NCBI RefSeq assembly: GCF_006345805.1
Contig: NC_043011.1
Coordinates: 56,122,464 to 56,186,463 of the forward strand
Source: Octopus sinensis
Lineage: Eukaryota
Reading direction: 5' to 3'
Length of the DNA: 64,000 nucleotides
Shown here: positions 1-13,275 of the stretch, piece after piece
Numbering within the stretch: the first letter of the stretch is position 1
Layout of the letters: every line of letters starts with the position of its first letter
Position numbers and translations under genes: made by a program
The notes under the pieces: generated by a model
Told to the model about the DNA's origin: nothing
Database searches by the model: none
What the model saw: only the letters and a program-made list of their open reading frames with translations

Positions 1-481
1 AGTCTAAGAGTAACTTGTGGACATTAGTCCTTACATACGGTGTAGTATCACATTGAAGGTGTAGGAGGGGAAGAGGAAGAATGAAAAGATAAAGAAAAAA
101 AAAGAATTTCCATATTCTTCGAAAATGTCTGATGCCACGATGACGTGATTTAAAAAGAAAAGACAAGAGCCTTGTCTATGAAATAGTGCATCATAAAAGC
201 TATCTCAGTGCACTGCAGAGTTTTAGAAATACAATTTAAGGTTTTAGGAAATTCATTCTCAATAAAAATCGCCTTGACAAGCACTTCTTACATAATATTG
301 CTATGCAAAAGTAGAATTAATGACAGAAGATAAATAATAATTTTCTGTAAGAATTTCTTTCTGTTTTTTTTTTTTAAATTAACATTTAAAAAAAAAAAGC
401 TTTTAATGTGAAGTAATATCAGTATTTTTTTATTCGATCTTCGGTTCACCCCAGAAGTCAAATATTTCGAAAACCATTGAA

Positions 482-630
482 CTTAAACAAGCATAGCCCG
501 CATGGTTTCTGGGCTCACTTCCACTGCGTGGCACCTTAGGCAAGTCTCTTCTTCTACCATAGCCTAGCGCCCACCAAAACCTTGTGAGTGGATTTGGTAG
601 ACGAAAATTGAAGGAAGCCCGTCGTATATG
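482..630 (+). mobile_element. CORE-type SINE (family A), partial
   Basis: ccactgcgtggcaccttaggcaagt...gtgagtggatttggtagacg matches the full copy at 6749. Confidence 0.75.
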
Positions 631-955
631 AAAATATATTTATATTTGTGTTCTATACATTGCATGCTGGAGCGGATTACTGCTATCTCTAGAGGCCACT
701 AACGACGGGCAAAAAGAGCCCGAAACCGTTCGGTCTCGTGATCCCGTCCTCCGCGAGAAAATGCATGGAGTTCGCTCCCCTGTTTGCAATATATGGTGGG
801 TGCAGATTGCATCGATAACCAGCTGGCGGAAGGTCTGTCTGGGGTTAAATGGTAGTACAACAAACAGCCATATTGATGTGTCGATAAACATTACTTCTCA
901 GTACAGGTACTACTTTCATCTCGTATAGAGATTTTCTAACTAGCTACTTTGCTTG

Positions 956-1049
<94 letters not shown>

Positions 1050-1061
1050 ATATATACATAA

Positions 1062-1345
1062 AGTTTATGACAGCCCATGCCTTTCTTTTGTTGGGCTCAA
1101 ATCTCATTTGCGAACCCATGGAAAAAGAACATCTACCAACTATTCTGCCTATGTGTCTGTGCACATTTTTCAATGCAATGTATGCCAGAAGGTCTGCAGA
1201 TCTAACGGAAGCCTCAAAAAACATTTTAAGATCCACAAAGATCAGAACTTAACTGCAGCTCTTGGTGGTCCAAATCGGATACGTAATCTATTGTGGGTGT
1301 CTTTTCAAAACATTGTCTGGTTTAAAAAGCCACATCAGATGCCAT
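1062..1345 (+). mobile_element. 3' fragment of an RTE-type LINE with C-terminal C2H2 fingers
   Basis: CLSFVGLKSHLRTH...CNVCQKVCRSNGSLKKHFKIH, similar to the LINE ends at 46037 and 62467; starts inside (TA)n. Confidence 0.6.
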
Positions 1346-1415
1346 GATGGTTCTAAGGTGTAGGTACAGGAGGTGGTCAAACTCTGCATCAGGAGCAGAC
1401 AACCAACATAATATA

Positions 1416-2544
1416 CAGAGTGCGTAAGGTATTTGTGGACATAACTTTTTGGGGTCATTGCTGCATTTTTTGCTAACTCTGTATAATCTTTGTTTCAGAA
1501 AATAATAATGGCAGACCCTCAGCTTACTCAGGAAATGAGAAAGTATGCTGTCATTGTGGTTATAAAGGCTGAGCATAGCGATTTAGAAATATCTCGACTT
1601 TTAAAAGTTGCCTGGTCTTTCGTCTTCAAAGTTTGTAAGGCGCAAGAGACCGAAGGTGGAAACGTATCACCAGTATCAATGCATAAAATGCATTCTAAAT
1701 GTTCTGAAATCATCAGAACATCTGAATTTATCCAGCAAGTTCAACAGACCATTGATTACAATCTCAGAAAGTCCATGAGGTTAATTGCAAAAGATCTCCA
1801 TGTGTTAGAAGGAACAGTCAAAACTGTTGTCCACGAAGGCAAAAGAAAATCACTGCATCGGATCTAAAAAGGCCCTTAAACAAACTGGAAAACCCAGGAG
1901 AAGAAGATTTGATTTGGTTTTTCTCAAACGAGAAAAACTTCGACCAAGATCAAAAAGTTAACAGAAGAGATGACAAATGGTTATGTGCAGACCCTTCTGA
2001 AGTTCCAAGTGTTATGTATACAAAATTTCCTGCAACTGTCATGGATTTAGGGGTTGTCAGCATTGAAGGACATGTAATGCCTCCTTACTTCTTTCCACAA
2101 GGCTTTAGAGTTAACTCAACCGCCTACATTGAGGTCCTGGAAATAATTATTAAACTCTGGATAGACAGTGTATGCAATGGAAGGCCATGTGTGTTTCAGT
2201 AAGGCTCTACACTATCACATAGATCTCAATTCATTGGTCTATTACATGTGGAGCGTTGTTGAAAAAGAGGTCAATGAATACGCTCATAACACCAAAGATT
2301 CTTTGAAAGCTGCTATAGTCAGAATAATGTCCAAAACGAATCAGGACCACTTGTTTCGAGCATTTAGATGATTCAGATTTCACAAAGAAGCAATTGTTGA
2401 AGCTGAAGGTAGCTTTATTGAATAACATTATGGAAAAGAAGGTTTTTTTTATCCTCATATTATTTTTGATGAAGTTATTATCTGTTATTATATAGTTTTT
2501 TTTTCATAAAAATAAATCTGTCCTCAAATATCTTACGCACCGTG
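1416..2544 (+). mobile_element. Degenerate Tc1/mariner element, maT/DD37D-like
   Basis: TA-flanked TIRs CAGAGTGCGTAAGGTATTTGTGGACA and CACGGTGCGTAAGATATTTGAGGACA (rc). Broken transposase FFSNEKNF..TKFPATVMDLGVVS..GHVMPPYFF..VFQ and DLNSLVYYMW. Confidence 0.85.
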
Positions 2545-2702
2545 TATGTATACATATATATACCGGAGTAAGCACATAAATGTGAAACAAGGTGGGAAAA
2601 AAAGTACTCCAATACCAGAGGTAGAGTAATATGCTTTATTTAAAAGTAGCGGAAAATATAACAAAAGCTTTTACTCAGAGTTTCACGTTCCCGCACATCG
2701 GG

Positions 2703-2824
<122 letters not shown>

Positions 2825-3282
2825 TATATATATACACACATATATATATACACACACATATATATATATATATATACTGAACGGTCATGCGTTGTCTTCG
2901 ATGGAAGAGTCCATCATATGTATGTATACACACACATACGATAGTGGTATTCAGCATTGCAAAACAACTCTGCATTCGTCATTTTTATGGTGCTACCACT
3001 GCTTGCTACAAGGGCCTCTCGAGCCGACAAAAGGTAGGAGATATCTTATAGGCCGGAATATCAAGCAAATGTCACTCAATTCAAAGTCTGTTGTCTTCTT
3101 TAAAACATGATATCGTATATTTAGAGACACCATGACAAATATGTAAACAAATTAGATGAGACGGTCACGTTTGGAACGTCTTAGACCACAGTTTTGCGTG
3201 ACCAAATCAGACTGATTATTAAAGGCGTTCTAGTTGAGCAAGAGCGGATGTGAATCTAAATAGCAACAGCAGCGAGGTCAAC

Positions 3283-3712
3283 CGTATTTCGTCTGCCGTT
3301 ACGTTCTGAGTTCAAATTCCGCCGAGGTCGACTTTGCTTTTCATCCTTTCGGGGTCGATAAATTAAGTACCTATTTCTTTATTACGCACAAGGGGCTAAA
3401 CACAGAGGGGACAAACAAGGACAGACATAGGTATTAAGTCGATTACATCGACCCCAGTGCGTAACTGGTACTTAATTTATCGACCCCGAAAGGATGAAAG
3501 GCAAAGTCGACCTCGGCGGAATCTGAACTCACAGCGTAACGCAGACGAAATACCGCTAAGCATTTCGCCCGGCGTGCTAACGTTTCTGCCAGCTCGCCGC
3601 CTTGTAAATTAAGTACCAGTTACGCACTGGGGGTCGATGTAATCGACTTAATCCCTTTGTTTGTCCTTGTTTGTCCCCTCTATGTTTGGCCCCTTGTGGG
3701 CAATAAAGAAAC
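3283..3712 (+). mobile_element. SINE family B, 5'-truncated, interrupted by an antisense copy of the same family
   Basis: Head 3283-3371 and tail 3618-3712 are contiguous parts of the family-B consensus. Confidence 0.85.
3372..3603 (-). mobile_element. SINE family B, full length, nested
   Basis: 13-bp TSD taaattaagtacc at 3359-71 and 3605-17. Confidence 0.9.
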
Positions 3713-3978
3713 AAACAGCAAGGTCAACCAGGAACAACAACAACAACCAAACTACGCTGATGCCATTTTTTTTTTCTTTTTGTCAGATCGAAATTAATTG
3801 GTTTAGATTCGAGATAATCGTCACGTGACAAATTCCTGATCTCCATCATTAAAATATGCATCACACAGTTTAAACCATCTGTTTACGAAGATGAGCTTAA
3901 TAATTCATTAACACTATTTGTAGCGGCCATCAAATATTCAATCATTTACACACACTCACACACACACATACACACACA

Positions 3979-4009
<31 letters not shown>

Positions 4010-4065
4010 GCACGCACGCACGCACGCGCGCACACATACACACACACACGCACGCACACGCACGC

Positions 4066-4146
<81 letters not shown>

Positions 4147-4244
4147 TAATCCTCATACTTCCAACATTTGCGAGCTTATTTGCAAATCGTTGACGGGTCT
4201 CAAATGTCACAATCGACATAAGTCCCTCATATATATATATATAA

Positions 4245-4291
<47 letters not shown>

Positions 4292-4348
4292 CACTCACAT
4301 ACACACACACGCACACACACACACACACATACACACACACATATATAT

Positions 4349-4379
<31 letters not shown>

Positions 4380-4383
<4 letters not shown>

Positions 4384-4633
4384 GTTAACAAGCTCGTGTT
4401 ACGATCACGTGGTTTCGAAATCAGTCCCACAGCATGCCACCTTGGACAAGACACTTCTCCTATAGACCTGGGCTGACCAATGCCTTGGGAATGAATTTGT
4501 TTGACGGAAAATGTGTAGAAGCCTTTCGTACATACATATTGTACAATATATATTGTATGTCTGCATGTGTGTGTGTGTGTGTGTGTGCGTGCATGTGTGT
4601 GTGTGTGTGTGTGTAAGTGTGTGTGTGTGTATA

Positions 4634-4665
<32 letters not shown>

Positions 4666-4910
4666 TGTGTGTGTGTGTATAAATGTGTGTGTATAAATGT
4701 GTGTGTATAAATGTGTGTGTATGTGTGTGTAAGTGTGTGTGTGTGTATAAATATGTGTGTGTGTGTGTGTATAAATGTGTGTGTGTGTGTTTATCTCCTA
4801 GCATCGCTTCACAAGAAATAAGTACTGGGGACAGTTTGATTGACTAAACCCTTCACGGAGATGCTGCAGCATGGCCGCAGCCCATTGATTAAAACAAGTG
4901 AAAAACAAAC
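4380..4910 (+). mobile_element. Diverged CORE-type SINE (family A) with internal (TG)n
   Basis: Degenerate head (caccttggacaag), microsatellite, tail cagcatggccgcag..aaacaagt. Confidence 0.7.
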
Positions 4911-5628
4911 GGTAAGAGATAGATAAGTTATTTTGGGATGCAACAGGCGGCGATTGATACGACGGGTCTAACATTTATAAATGACCACAGAATGCGTGAC
5001 GTTTGATTGAAGTAACGTCATTTGACTGAGCGTTTCTAAACGAACATTGGTTTGGAAGGCAAGTGTAGACCGGTTTGAGGAATGGCGTAAAGTCGACATG
5101 TTAGCTTCCACACACTATATTTATTGAACAGGCTTATTGGATGGCTCAATATGATGTCTCTGAGATCTGTCAAGGAATTGTTCTGCATATATCCTGCATG
5201 GATACTGACATGTCTATTTATCAAGAAAATGCTGTTTCCGTAAACAAAGAGAGCACACACACACACACACATTGGAAAGGTTAGAGAGTTTCACACGAAT
5301 AAATATGTATTAAAAAAAAGCAAAAAAACAAAAAGAAAAATTGCTTTGCAAAGTTTACCATGGCTAAAAGAAAGAAAGCATGTACATTTTTACCAAGATA
5401 CTCTACCGTTTCCAATCGTTTTAAAACACCAAATTCGTCACACTGAAATAAAAGTGTATATAGATACGCGTCCGCATGTATAAGCAAGCACGCGTACACA
5501 CAGAGGAAACCAAGTGTTACGGAAGTAATGGTTCCGCGTTACGGAAATAATGGAAATCTTGCTGTAATACGGAATCCCGTAATGCGAAATTAAATTTTCC
5601 CATTGATTTTCACGTTAGAAAGTGAGTA

Positions 5629-6036
5629 GGATCTTTTTGGTTTGACCGGCAGTTTTTTCTAGCGGTGTCATATGAAATTGTCACCCATAATTATGAGCCT
5701 AGTATCGATCTATAGCATTTCAATCTGTTTTAGGGTTAGGGGGGAAGGGTATCTTTTTTTCTTCAGAAATGTAAATAAACCCAATCTGTTTCTTAAACGA
5801 GGGACATATTCATACAGCACAGAACGTTTTCACCTCAATAGACGTCATTGATTGGTTGAAATTGCAGAAATTGAAGAAAAAAAAACAACAAATATCTTAC
5901 AAACTATAGAATTTTCTCAATAAAGCCAAGAGAAAAAGATGTTTTATAAACACATTCTACCAGTATACGAAGTTTTAAAAGTGTTTAGTTACGTGGAAAT
6001 TATTTTTAAAAACTGCCGGTCAAACCGAAAAGATTC
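5629..6036. mobile_element. MITE with 29-bp TIRs and 8-bp TSD (Merlin- or hAT-like)
   Basis: TIRs GGATCTTTTTGGTTTGACCGGCAGTTTTT and rc GAATCTTTTCGGTTTGACCGGCAGTTTTT; TSD agtgagta at 5621-28 and 6037-44. Confidence 0.85.
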
Positions 6037-6748
6037 AGTGAGTATGTCTCGACAGCTTTTTTTCGGAAAGACCACCAACATGGAATAAAGTATCTTGCCC
6101 GGGGACACAACACACTGCCGAAAATCGAACTCACGGCCTTGTGATTGTGAGCCGAATTCCTCTGACTACTAATCCACGTGCCTTCACATGTTACATGAAA
6201 TCTATGAAAAAATAAATCTATTGTCACATTTGGCCCCATGGTAGATATTGCAAGCGTTTACTGTTTTAGCAATGTGACTGTTATTTGTTCCTCCCACTTC
6301 AAACCATTTTTATAACATCAAATTAAACATCCAGAATAATTCATTTATGCTTCCTTTTCGCACTTCGGCCTTCAGTTCCATTTGATGGCTTCTTTCTAGA
6401 CATCTTGAATTGTAGGCAAATCCAACAACAGCGGTGATCAATAATTGTCCACAAACATAAGCAGTAATAAAAAAAAATCATCACGAAGGAAATATTTTAT
6501 GAACACCAAAAAAAAATTGTCTCAATCCAATGGATGTAAAAGTGGAAATGGAAAAAAAAACAAAAAAACGAAAGGCTTAAAGAGGGATATGGGAAGAATT
6601 ACTGTATGGTTACAGTTATTTGAAGGGTTACCAGGTTCCTGAGTTCTTCGCCCCAACACCAGTGAACTGGGCCATAAAAATTCCACATAGTAATAACTCA
6701 CATAGGCAAGCGGACATGCACTTCTGTTTAGAGATACATTTACAGAGA

Positions 6749-6910
6749 GGCGCAGGAGTGGCTGCGTGGTAAGTAGCTTGTTTACCAACCACATGGTTCC
6801 AGGTTCAGTCCCACTGCGTGGCACCTTGGGCAAGTGTCTTCTACTATAGCCTTGGGCCGACCAAAGCCTTGTGAGTGGATTTGGTAGACGGAAACTGAAA
6901 GAGCCCGTCG

Positions 6911-6950
<40 letters not shown>

Positions 6951-7208
6951 ATATACATATATATATAAATATATATATGCGTGTGTGTGTTTGTGTGTCT
7001 GTGTTTGTCCCCCTAGCATTGCTTGACAACCGATACTGGTGTGTTTATGTCTCCGTTACTTAGCGGTTCGCCAAAAAGAGACCGATAGAATAAGTACTGG
7101 CATTACAAAAGAATAAGTCCCGGGGTCGAGTTGCTCGATTAAAGGCGGTGCTCCAGCATGGCCGCAGTCAAATGACTGAAACAAGTAAAAGAGTAAAAGA
7201 GTAAAAGA
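6749..7208 (+). mobile_element. CORE-type tRNA-derived SINE (family A), full length
   Basis: A box tggctgcgtgg, B box ggttcagtccc, CORE-like caccttgggcaagt, internal (TA)n/(TG)n, tail (gtaaaaga)n. Confidence 0.9.
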
Positions 7209-7556
7209 AAGCTACAGACATTATCATGTTAATACTTTTATTTTTGTTGCCAGTTGGTTATTAAAAAGTTGGTGAATCGGTTGTGCTATTTGTTAGGGTT
7301 AGATTTGGTGTTAGTGATGGTGGCCGTAATTGTATCGTTGCTCCTGTTTAATCCCACGTTGATCCCCATTGACCCAAGATCAAAGATCATTCATACTTAA
7401 AATTCATGTAACTATTTTAGATGGCGCTGCTTATCTTCTTCATAATATTGTTGCTGCGGTTGTTGTTAGCCATTAAGGAGTTGGCGGCTTGGTAATGATG
7501 ATAGGTCGATTGGTTTCGGTGGAAGGTTGTAAATAATGGTAAAGATGGGTGATGCA

Positions 7557-7707
7557 ACCATCCATCCATCCATCCATCCATACATACATACATGCATGCA
7601 TGCATGCATGCATGCATGCATGCATACATGCATACATACATACATACATACATACATACATACATACATACATACATACATAATACATACATACATACAT
7701 ACATACA

Positions 7708-7738
<31 letters not shown>

Positions 7739-7764
7739 CTACATACATACATACATACACTACA

Positions 7765-7796
<32 letters not shown>

Positions 7797-7972
7797 CATA
7801 CATACATACATACATACATACATACACATACATACATCCATACATACATACATACATACATACATACATACATACATACATACATACATACATACATACA
7901 TACATACATACATACATACATACATACATACATACATACATACATACATACATACATACATACATACATACA
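7557..7972. repeat. Compound tetranucleotide microsatellite (CATC)n-(CATG)n-(CATA)n
   Basis: Visible directly; source of the MYVC/HTYI pseudo-ORFs. Confidence 0.95.
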
Positions 7973-9938
7973 TGCTAAAAGGATTATCTTGTCGATGAAA
8001 GAGCCTTGTTTCTGGACCAGGAACCTGCGTTTCCTGCATTAATAAATAATTGGAAAAATCGAGCCAGGAATTTATGTGTTTCTGTTTAGATGTTAAGATA
8101 CAATACATGCAATTTTAATGATTACGTATATGAAGAAAACCTGCATGTATTTATATCCATTTATGTTCAAAAGAATATGTCAGATAAATGGTATCGTTGC
8201 CTCCTCAAACACACTGCGTTTCACGAAAAGACGGTATGGCTACGACTATGCAAACCAAACAGCTTGTACCTGATTCCTCGAACTAACAGATATAGCAGCC
8301 AGATCTCGTTTTAAAACAAACCCAACCGTCTTCAGAATATAAAGAAGGTCACACATCATATAATTTAGTCTAAGGTATACTGTGTTTGAATAAAAGGTGT
8401 GGTGGTTACAGCTGAAGCACCTCTAATCCTAGGTGTTTTCAATCAGCTCCGTCTTAGGGTTAAATAACAATAACAGCAAATATTTCTTTCCAAGCGAATA
8501 AGGGGAGTAAGCGTTATATAGGTGGTCACAAGACATGATTGAAAGAGCAGTGAAATCTGTCTGAAACCAAGCCCAACATTTAAACATAAGATGGCACACC
8601 TTCCCACGAACGGAATTCTTTTAGGTTCCATCAAGAATGCACAGGTCTGCTCGGTCAGAGATAACCAGAAACCAAAACAACATAATAGTTTCCTTTGTCT
8701 AAGTTCGCTTGACTTTTGTAGATTTTGTTTAGCGTGAAAGAATTTCGCCATTTATTTTTACATCGTTGAAATTAATGAGTGGTTAGCATGTAGAAATGGT
8801 TCTTCCATTAGCCGTCTTTCGAAGCATTCTTAGACAACGGAGATTTGTATCGTCTTCAAGCATTGATGATCCAGCGTCGAGTGTCTTTTAAAGGAAGTTT
8901 TATTTCTTGAAAATGTTTATTTAAACATGTAAAGTGTCATGGTACTTGAATGGAAAAGATTACTACGAAGGCGAAACTTCCCATCGGAACTTATCTGTTA
9001 CTGGATCTCTGTCACTAACACGGTACCACGGAAATGAAAAATATCTAGCTTCCTGTTCAAATCTATTTTATCCATTAATATTTCATACTAAATACACCAT
9101 GCTGATACGATTTATTCTTATGTATATTCAGTTACAAATATATAAGAAATGTGTGAAGATCAACTTGATACAAGTAGTTATGATAAAGCTGCATTCCTTA
9201 TATCTAACGATGTATGTATATGCAAAGAAACACACACACACACAAAGATATATACAAATACATCTATGCTCCGGGAATATGTGTACTTCGTGAGCTCCAA
9301 AGACCTGGATTGTCTCGCCTTTGAACCCTAAGATTCTCACCCATCATTAGGCCGAGTATGTTTTGTGGATGAAGAGTGAATGACACACAAAATGGCTTCT
9401 CTACAACGAACTGGAAATTGTGAACGTAAGCCTCATCAAAAATATGAATCACATAAAATATATATCCTGAAAAGAACTGCTCAGGATGAGTGCAAGTAAC
9501 TGAAGACGACTGATGGTAAATCGGAATAGTCGAGGAAATTCTATTATGAAAGGATACAACATATTTTAGAATAAATGGCAGCTTCAGTATCCCAAGGTGA
9601 AACAAACCTTACGCGAAGGTATTTCCTTAAATCTGCTTGATTAATGCGAAAAGCTGAAAGTGTAACAACTGTGAATACGTTCTTCTATGGACAGCAGTTT
9701 TCTCAGTGTCTTGAGTAGTAATATTTTATGGAGTTGTTGACTGTGATCGGTCAAAAGGTCACCATTGGATTCACGACCATTATTGCTCTTAGTCAATATG
9801 GATGACTCATCAGGCGTACCTCTATTAGTAAAGATGAGTGGCCCGTATTGCTGAGAGCAACAATTGATGTGAAGATAATGGTAACTTTATGACCAGCCAT
9901 AACCAACAACTACATAATACACACACACATACATACAC

Positions 9939-9969
<31 letters not shown>

Positions 9970-10044
9970 AACACGCACACGCACGCACGCATACACACAC
10001 ACACGCATACATGCACGCACGCACATATTTGTATAATACATGTA

Positions 10045-10990
10045 CGTGCTTTTATCAAAAAGTTTCCGGACTAGTTCTGTAGCGCGCCAACAGATGGCAG
10101 CACACGGTTGCGTGCGCAGTGAGAGCGAGCAGGGACTTTCCTCGGGCAGCGTGCTGGGTGACACCCCTGTGTTTACTTCCTAAGTTATGAAATTTGTGTT
10201 TTTGTGATCACGTGTCTGCTGTAGTCTGCGACTTTGTCATGAACAGGAACAAAGAACCAACGAGAAATTCAGCGTTACACTTGGGAAGTCTGCTCCAGAG
10301 ACGTTGAGTATGCTTCGGCAAGCTTACGGCGACGAGGGAATGGGTCGTACTCAATGTTTCGAGTGGCGAGGAATGGGTCGTACTCAATGTTTCGAGTGGC
10401 GAGGAATGGGTCGTACTCAATGTTTCAAGTGGCGAGGAAACCTCAAAAGCGGAAGAACATCCCTGGAAGTGGATGAGCGATCGGGAAGACCTGCCCCTGT
10501 CGTCAACCCCGGAAATGTGGTATTGTGCATGGAGAATCCGTCCCCCAGGGCCACACCGCCAATCGAGAGTCCTACTGCGACGTTTTGAAGCGTTTGAAGA
10601 AGGACATTCCGCGAAAGTAAGTGAATCTTTGGAGCACAAAGAATTGGATTCTTCACGATGACTTCGCACCTTCTCACCGAACTCTCCTCACTCGTGAGTC
10701 TCTCGACAAAATCAATATGGTATCACTTCCGCACACGTTCTGTTCACGAGATTTAGCACCTGTGGACTTCTATTTCTTCCCCAAGATGAAAATACAGCTC
10801 AAAGGTCACCGTTTTAACACCATTGTCGAGGTTATGAGTGAATCTCAGAAGGTACTCGACTCGCTTAAGGAAAGCGACTCCCAGGCCGGATTCCAAAAGT
10901 GACGAGAACGCTGGGACCGGTGTTTTGCTGTGCAAAGTTACTATGTCGAAGGAGATGATTGTAAAACTTAGGTATTTTTTTTATTATCGT
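10045..10990 (+). mobile_element. Internally deleted mariner (DD34D-type) transposon
   Basis: MLRQAYGD..MGRTQCFEW..KSGRTSLEVDERSGRP; NWILHDDFAPSH; DLAPVDFYFFPKMKIQLKGHRF. Left-TIR-like aaaaagtttccggact; right TIR not clear. Confidence 0.85.
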
Positions 10991-11173
10991 ACATCTTACA
11001 TTCGGTATAAGCAACCCAAAATCGTATTATTTTCAATATTTTTCTCTTTTTAAACTTCACCCTCCAATTTTCCTCTTTTTTTTTTACTTCCGCGAAAATA
11101 TTTTCTGCAGTAAACTTTTTAAACCACATCAGAGAAAACGAAAGAATTACACTTAGGCTTTCTCGTACATTGA

Positions 11174-11228
<55 letters not shown>

Positions 11229-12065
11229 GGGAAAAGTGGGAGAGGAGGAATATGTGTGTGTGAGTGTGTGTATGTTGAATTATACATAAGTTTTTCTTTG
11301 GTGTTAACATCTTATTTTCTTCGAATGTTTGTTTCTTTGCTGTTGTTGAATCCATTGCAATCCACACTCCTCCTCCGTGCAATGCGAGTTTCTTGTTTGT
11401 CTTTCTTCATTTGTATTGAATAGCTTGCAGTTGTGAGGTGTTTTTTTCGAAGGGACAACAACAATTATGAAAGGAATATGTATTTAGTATTGGAAGGACC
11501 GGCAAAAACTACTTAGAAATCGAGATAATACGAAACAAATTTCATTTTACGTATCGTTATTTTTTTCGTTTCAGGAACAAAAATTTTCTTTGTTTTTACT
11601 TTTTTCTGATAATTTTTATATTTCTGCATCAGTATTGAATAAAATGGAAGGTTTAGACAAAAGGAGGAGAGAATGGTGAGAGGCAGAAACATTGGAAGGA
11701 AATAAAAAAGACAGAAAGAGTAAAAGAGAGGGAGAGAGAGAGTAGGGAGAGAAGGAAAGAGAGAGAAGGGAGAGAGAGTGTGTGTGTATGAGAGATAGAG
11801 AGAGAGGAAGGAAGAGAATAAATTTTTGTGTTGGTAGGAAAAGTAAAGTGTGTTTCATTGTGAAAATCAAATTCCAAATAACAAATCATATATTTCGTAT
11901 TTTAGATGAAGCTTTGAAGAGAATGTAATAAAGCCAAGAATAAGCACGTGATCCAATCTGTGAACCAAAAACTGGAATTCGTTGGAGAGTGTCAGTGGAA
12001 AGTTTGATGTTAACAGGTTAAGTTTTTCAGACGTGAACACGGCTAACAACAAACTCACCGCATTA

Positions 12066-12447
12066 GTAGGAGCACTCCGTCGGTTGCGACGATGAGGGTC
12101 CCAGCTGATACGATCAACGGAACAGCTTGCTCGTGATATTAACGTGCAAGTGGCTGAGCACTCCACAGACACGTGTACCCTTAACGTAGTTCTCGAGGAG
12201 ATTCAGCGTGACCCAGAATGTGACAAGGCTGGCCCTTTGAAATACAGGTACAAGAGAAAAAGGAAGAAAGAGTGAGAGAAAGTTGTGGCGAAAGAGTACA
12301 GCAGGGATTGCCACCCTCTGCCGGAGCCTCGTGGAGCTTTAGGTGTTTTCGCTCAATAAACACTCAAAATGCCCGGTCTGGGAATCGAAACCGCGATCCT
12401 CCGACCGCGAGTCCGCTGCCCTAACCAATGGGCCATTGCGCCTCCAC
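12066..12447 (-). mobile_element. tRNA-derived SINE family C1
   Basis: Head gtggaggcgcaatggccca...tcgattccc (rc); 12-bp TSD ctcaccgcatta at 12054-65 and 12450-61. Confidence 0.9.
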
Positions 12448-12899
12448 TGCTCACCGCATTATCAGTGTGGCGGTTGATTAATTTCCTGTTTAATTAAAAG
12501 GTTCTTTGATAAATGCTTACTTGCTTGCTGTTTTATTTGAATTTTTATGAAGTTTCGGTACTTCGCCTTCTTCACAAACATCTGAACGTTTTGGACTCTG
12601 GGATCTGAAAAGCCGAATTAGGTCTCAGATTCAGATGGAAGTAACCCGTCTGTGATCGAGTGTAAGGGGACATATTCATAGGAAAGGAAGAGATTAGAGT
12701 GAAACACTGATTGAGTGTAGAGGGACGACTTGAAGGGGGTCCGAACAAATATCGTTTAAATAACTCTCAAGTTATTCATTCCATGTGTTTTAAAGTGCCC
12801 GACTTGGTTTAGCAAGTGCAAATGACTATGAGAAGCTTACTGCCCTCAAACAAGAGGGAAGTTATTCTGCTATTATCGAGAATCGCCTAAAAACGGGGA

Positions 12900-13275
12900 T
12901 TCTCAATAATGTTATTGAATGCTTTTGATCAGATGCGTCTACGCAATGGCACAAGACTGGGGTTTGAGACGCTTATGGCACATATCATCGAAACTACTAT
13001 TCTTACTGGGAGCAGGAAAAAAGAATATACAATTCTATCCAGAATCCCACTCGTTTCAATAGTCTTATCTTTACGATTTAGAACTTTTCAGTTTCTAGAA
13101 CGCAATAAGTTTTACTATGTCAATCAATAATTCCCAAGAGCAGGCACTGACAAATTCTACGTTGCTGATGGTTAATTTTATGGAGAATACTCAAGAGTTG
13201 GAAGCTCCCTAAATAGTTTTATTTATGCTTTAGTTGGTAAAGCCCAAAATATTGTATATCCTGAGGTTCTGACAT
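12900..13275 (+). mobile_element. Helitron PIF1-like helicase C-terminal remnant
   Basis: LRNGTRL..IIETTILTG..LSRIPLV..FRTFQF..SRVG..KAQNIVYPEVL resembles the RepHel helicase C-terminus; contains stops. Confidence 0.7.

Noticed and set aside
949-1347. C2H2 zinc-finger host gene (also 45932-46222)
   Set aside because: The fingers match the RTE LINE C-terminus, start inside microsatellites and lack splice context or TGEKP linkers.
8925-9080. Ig-domain-like stretch CKVSWYLNG..VTGSLSLTR..YLASCSN
   Set aside because: In-frame stop just upstream, no acceptor or donor, and non-canonical YxC; probably chance.
9290-9600. Faint mariner C-terminus similarity (also ~19000-19300)
   Set aside because: Too degraded to support by eye.
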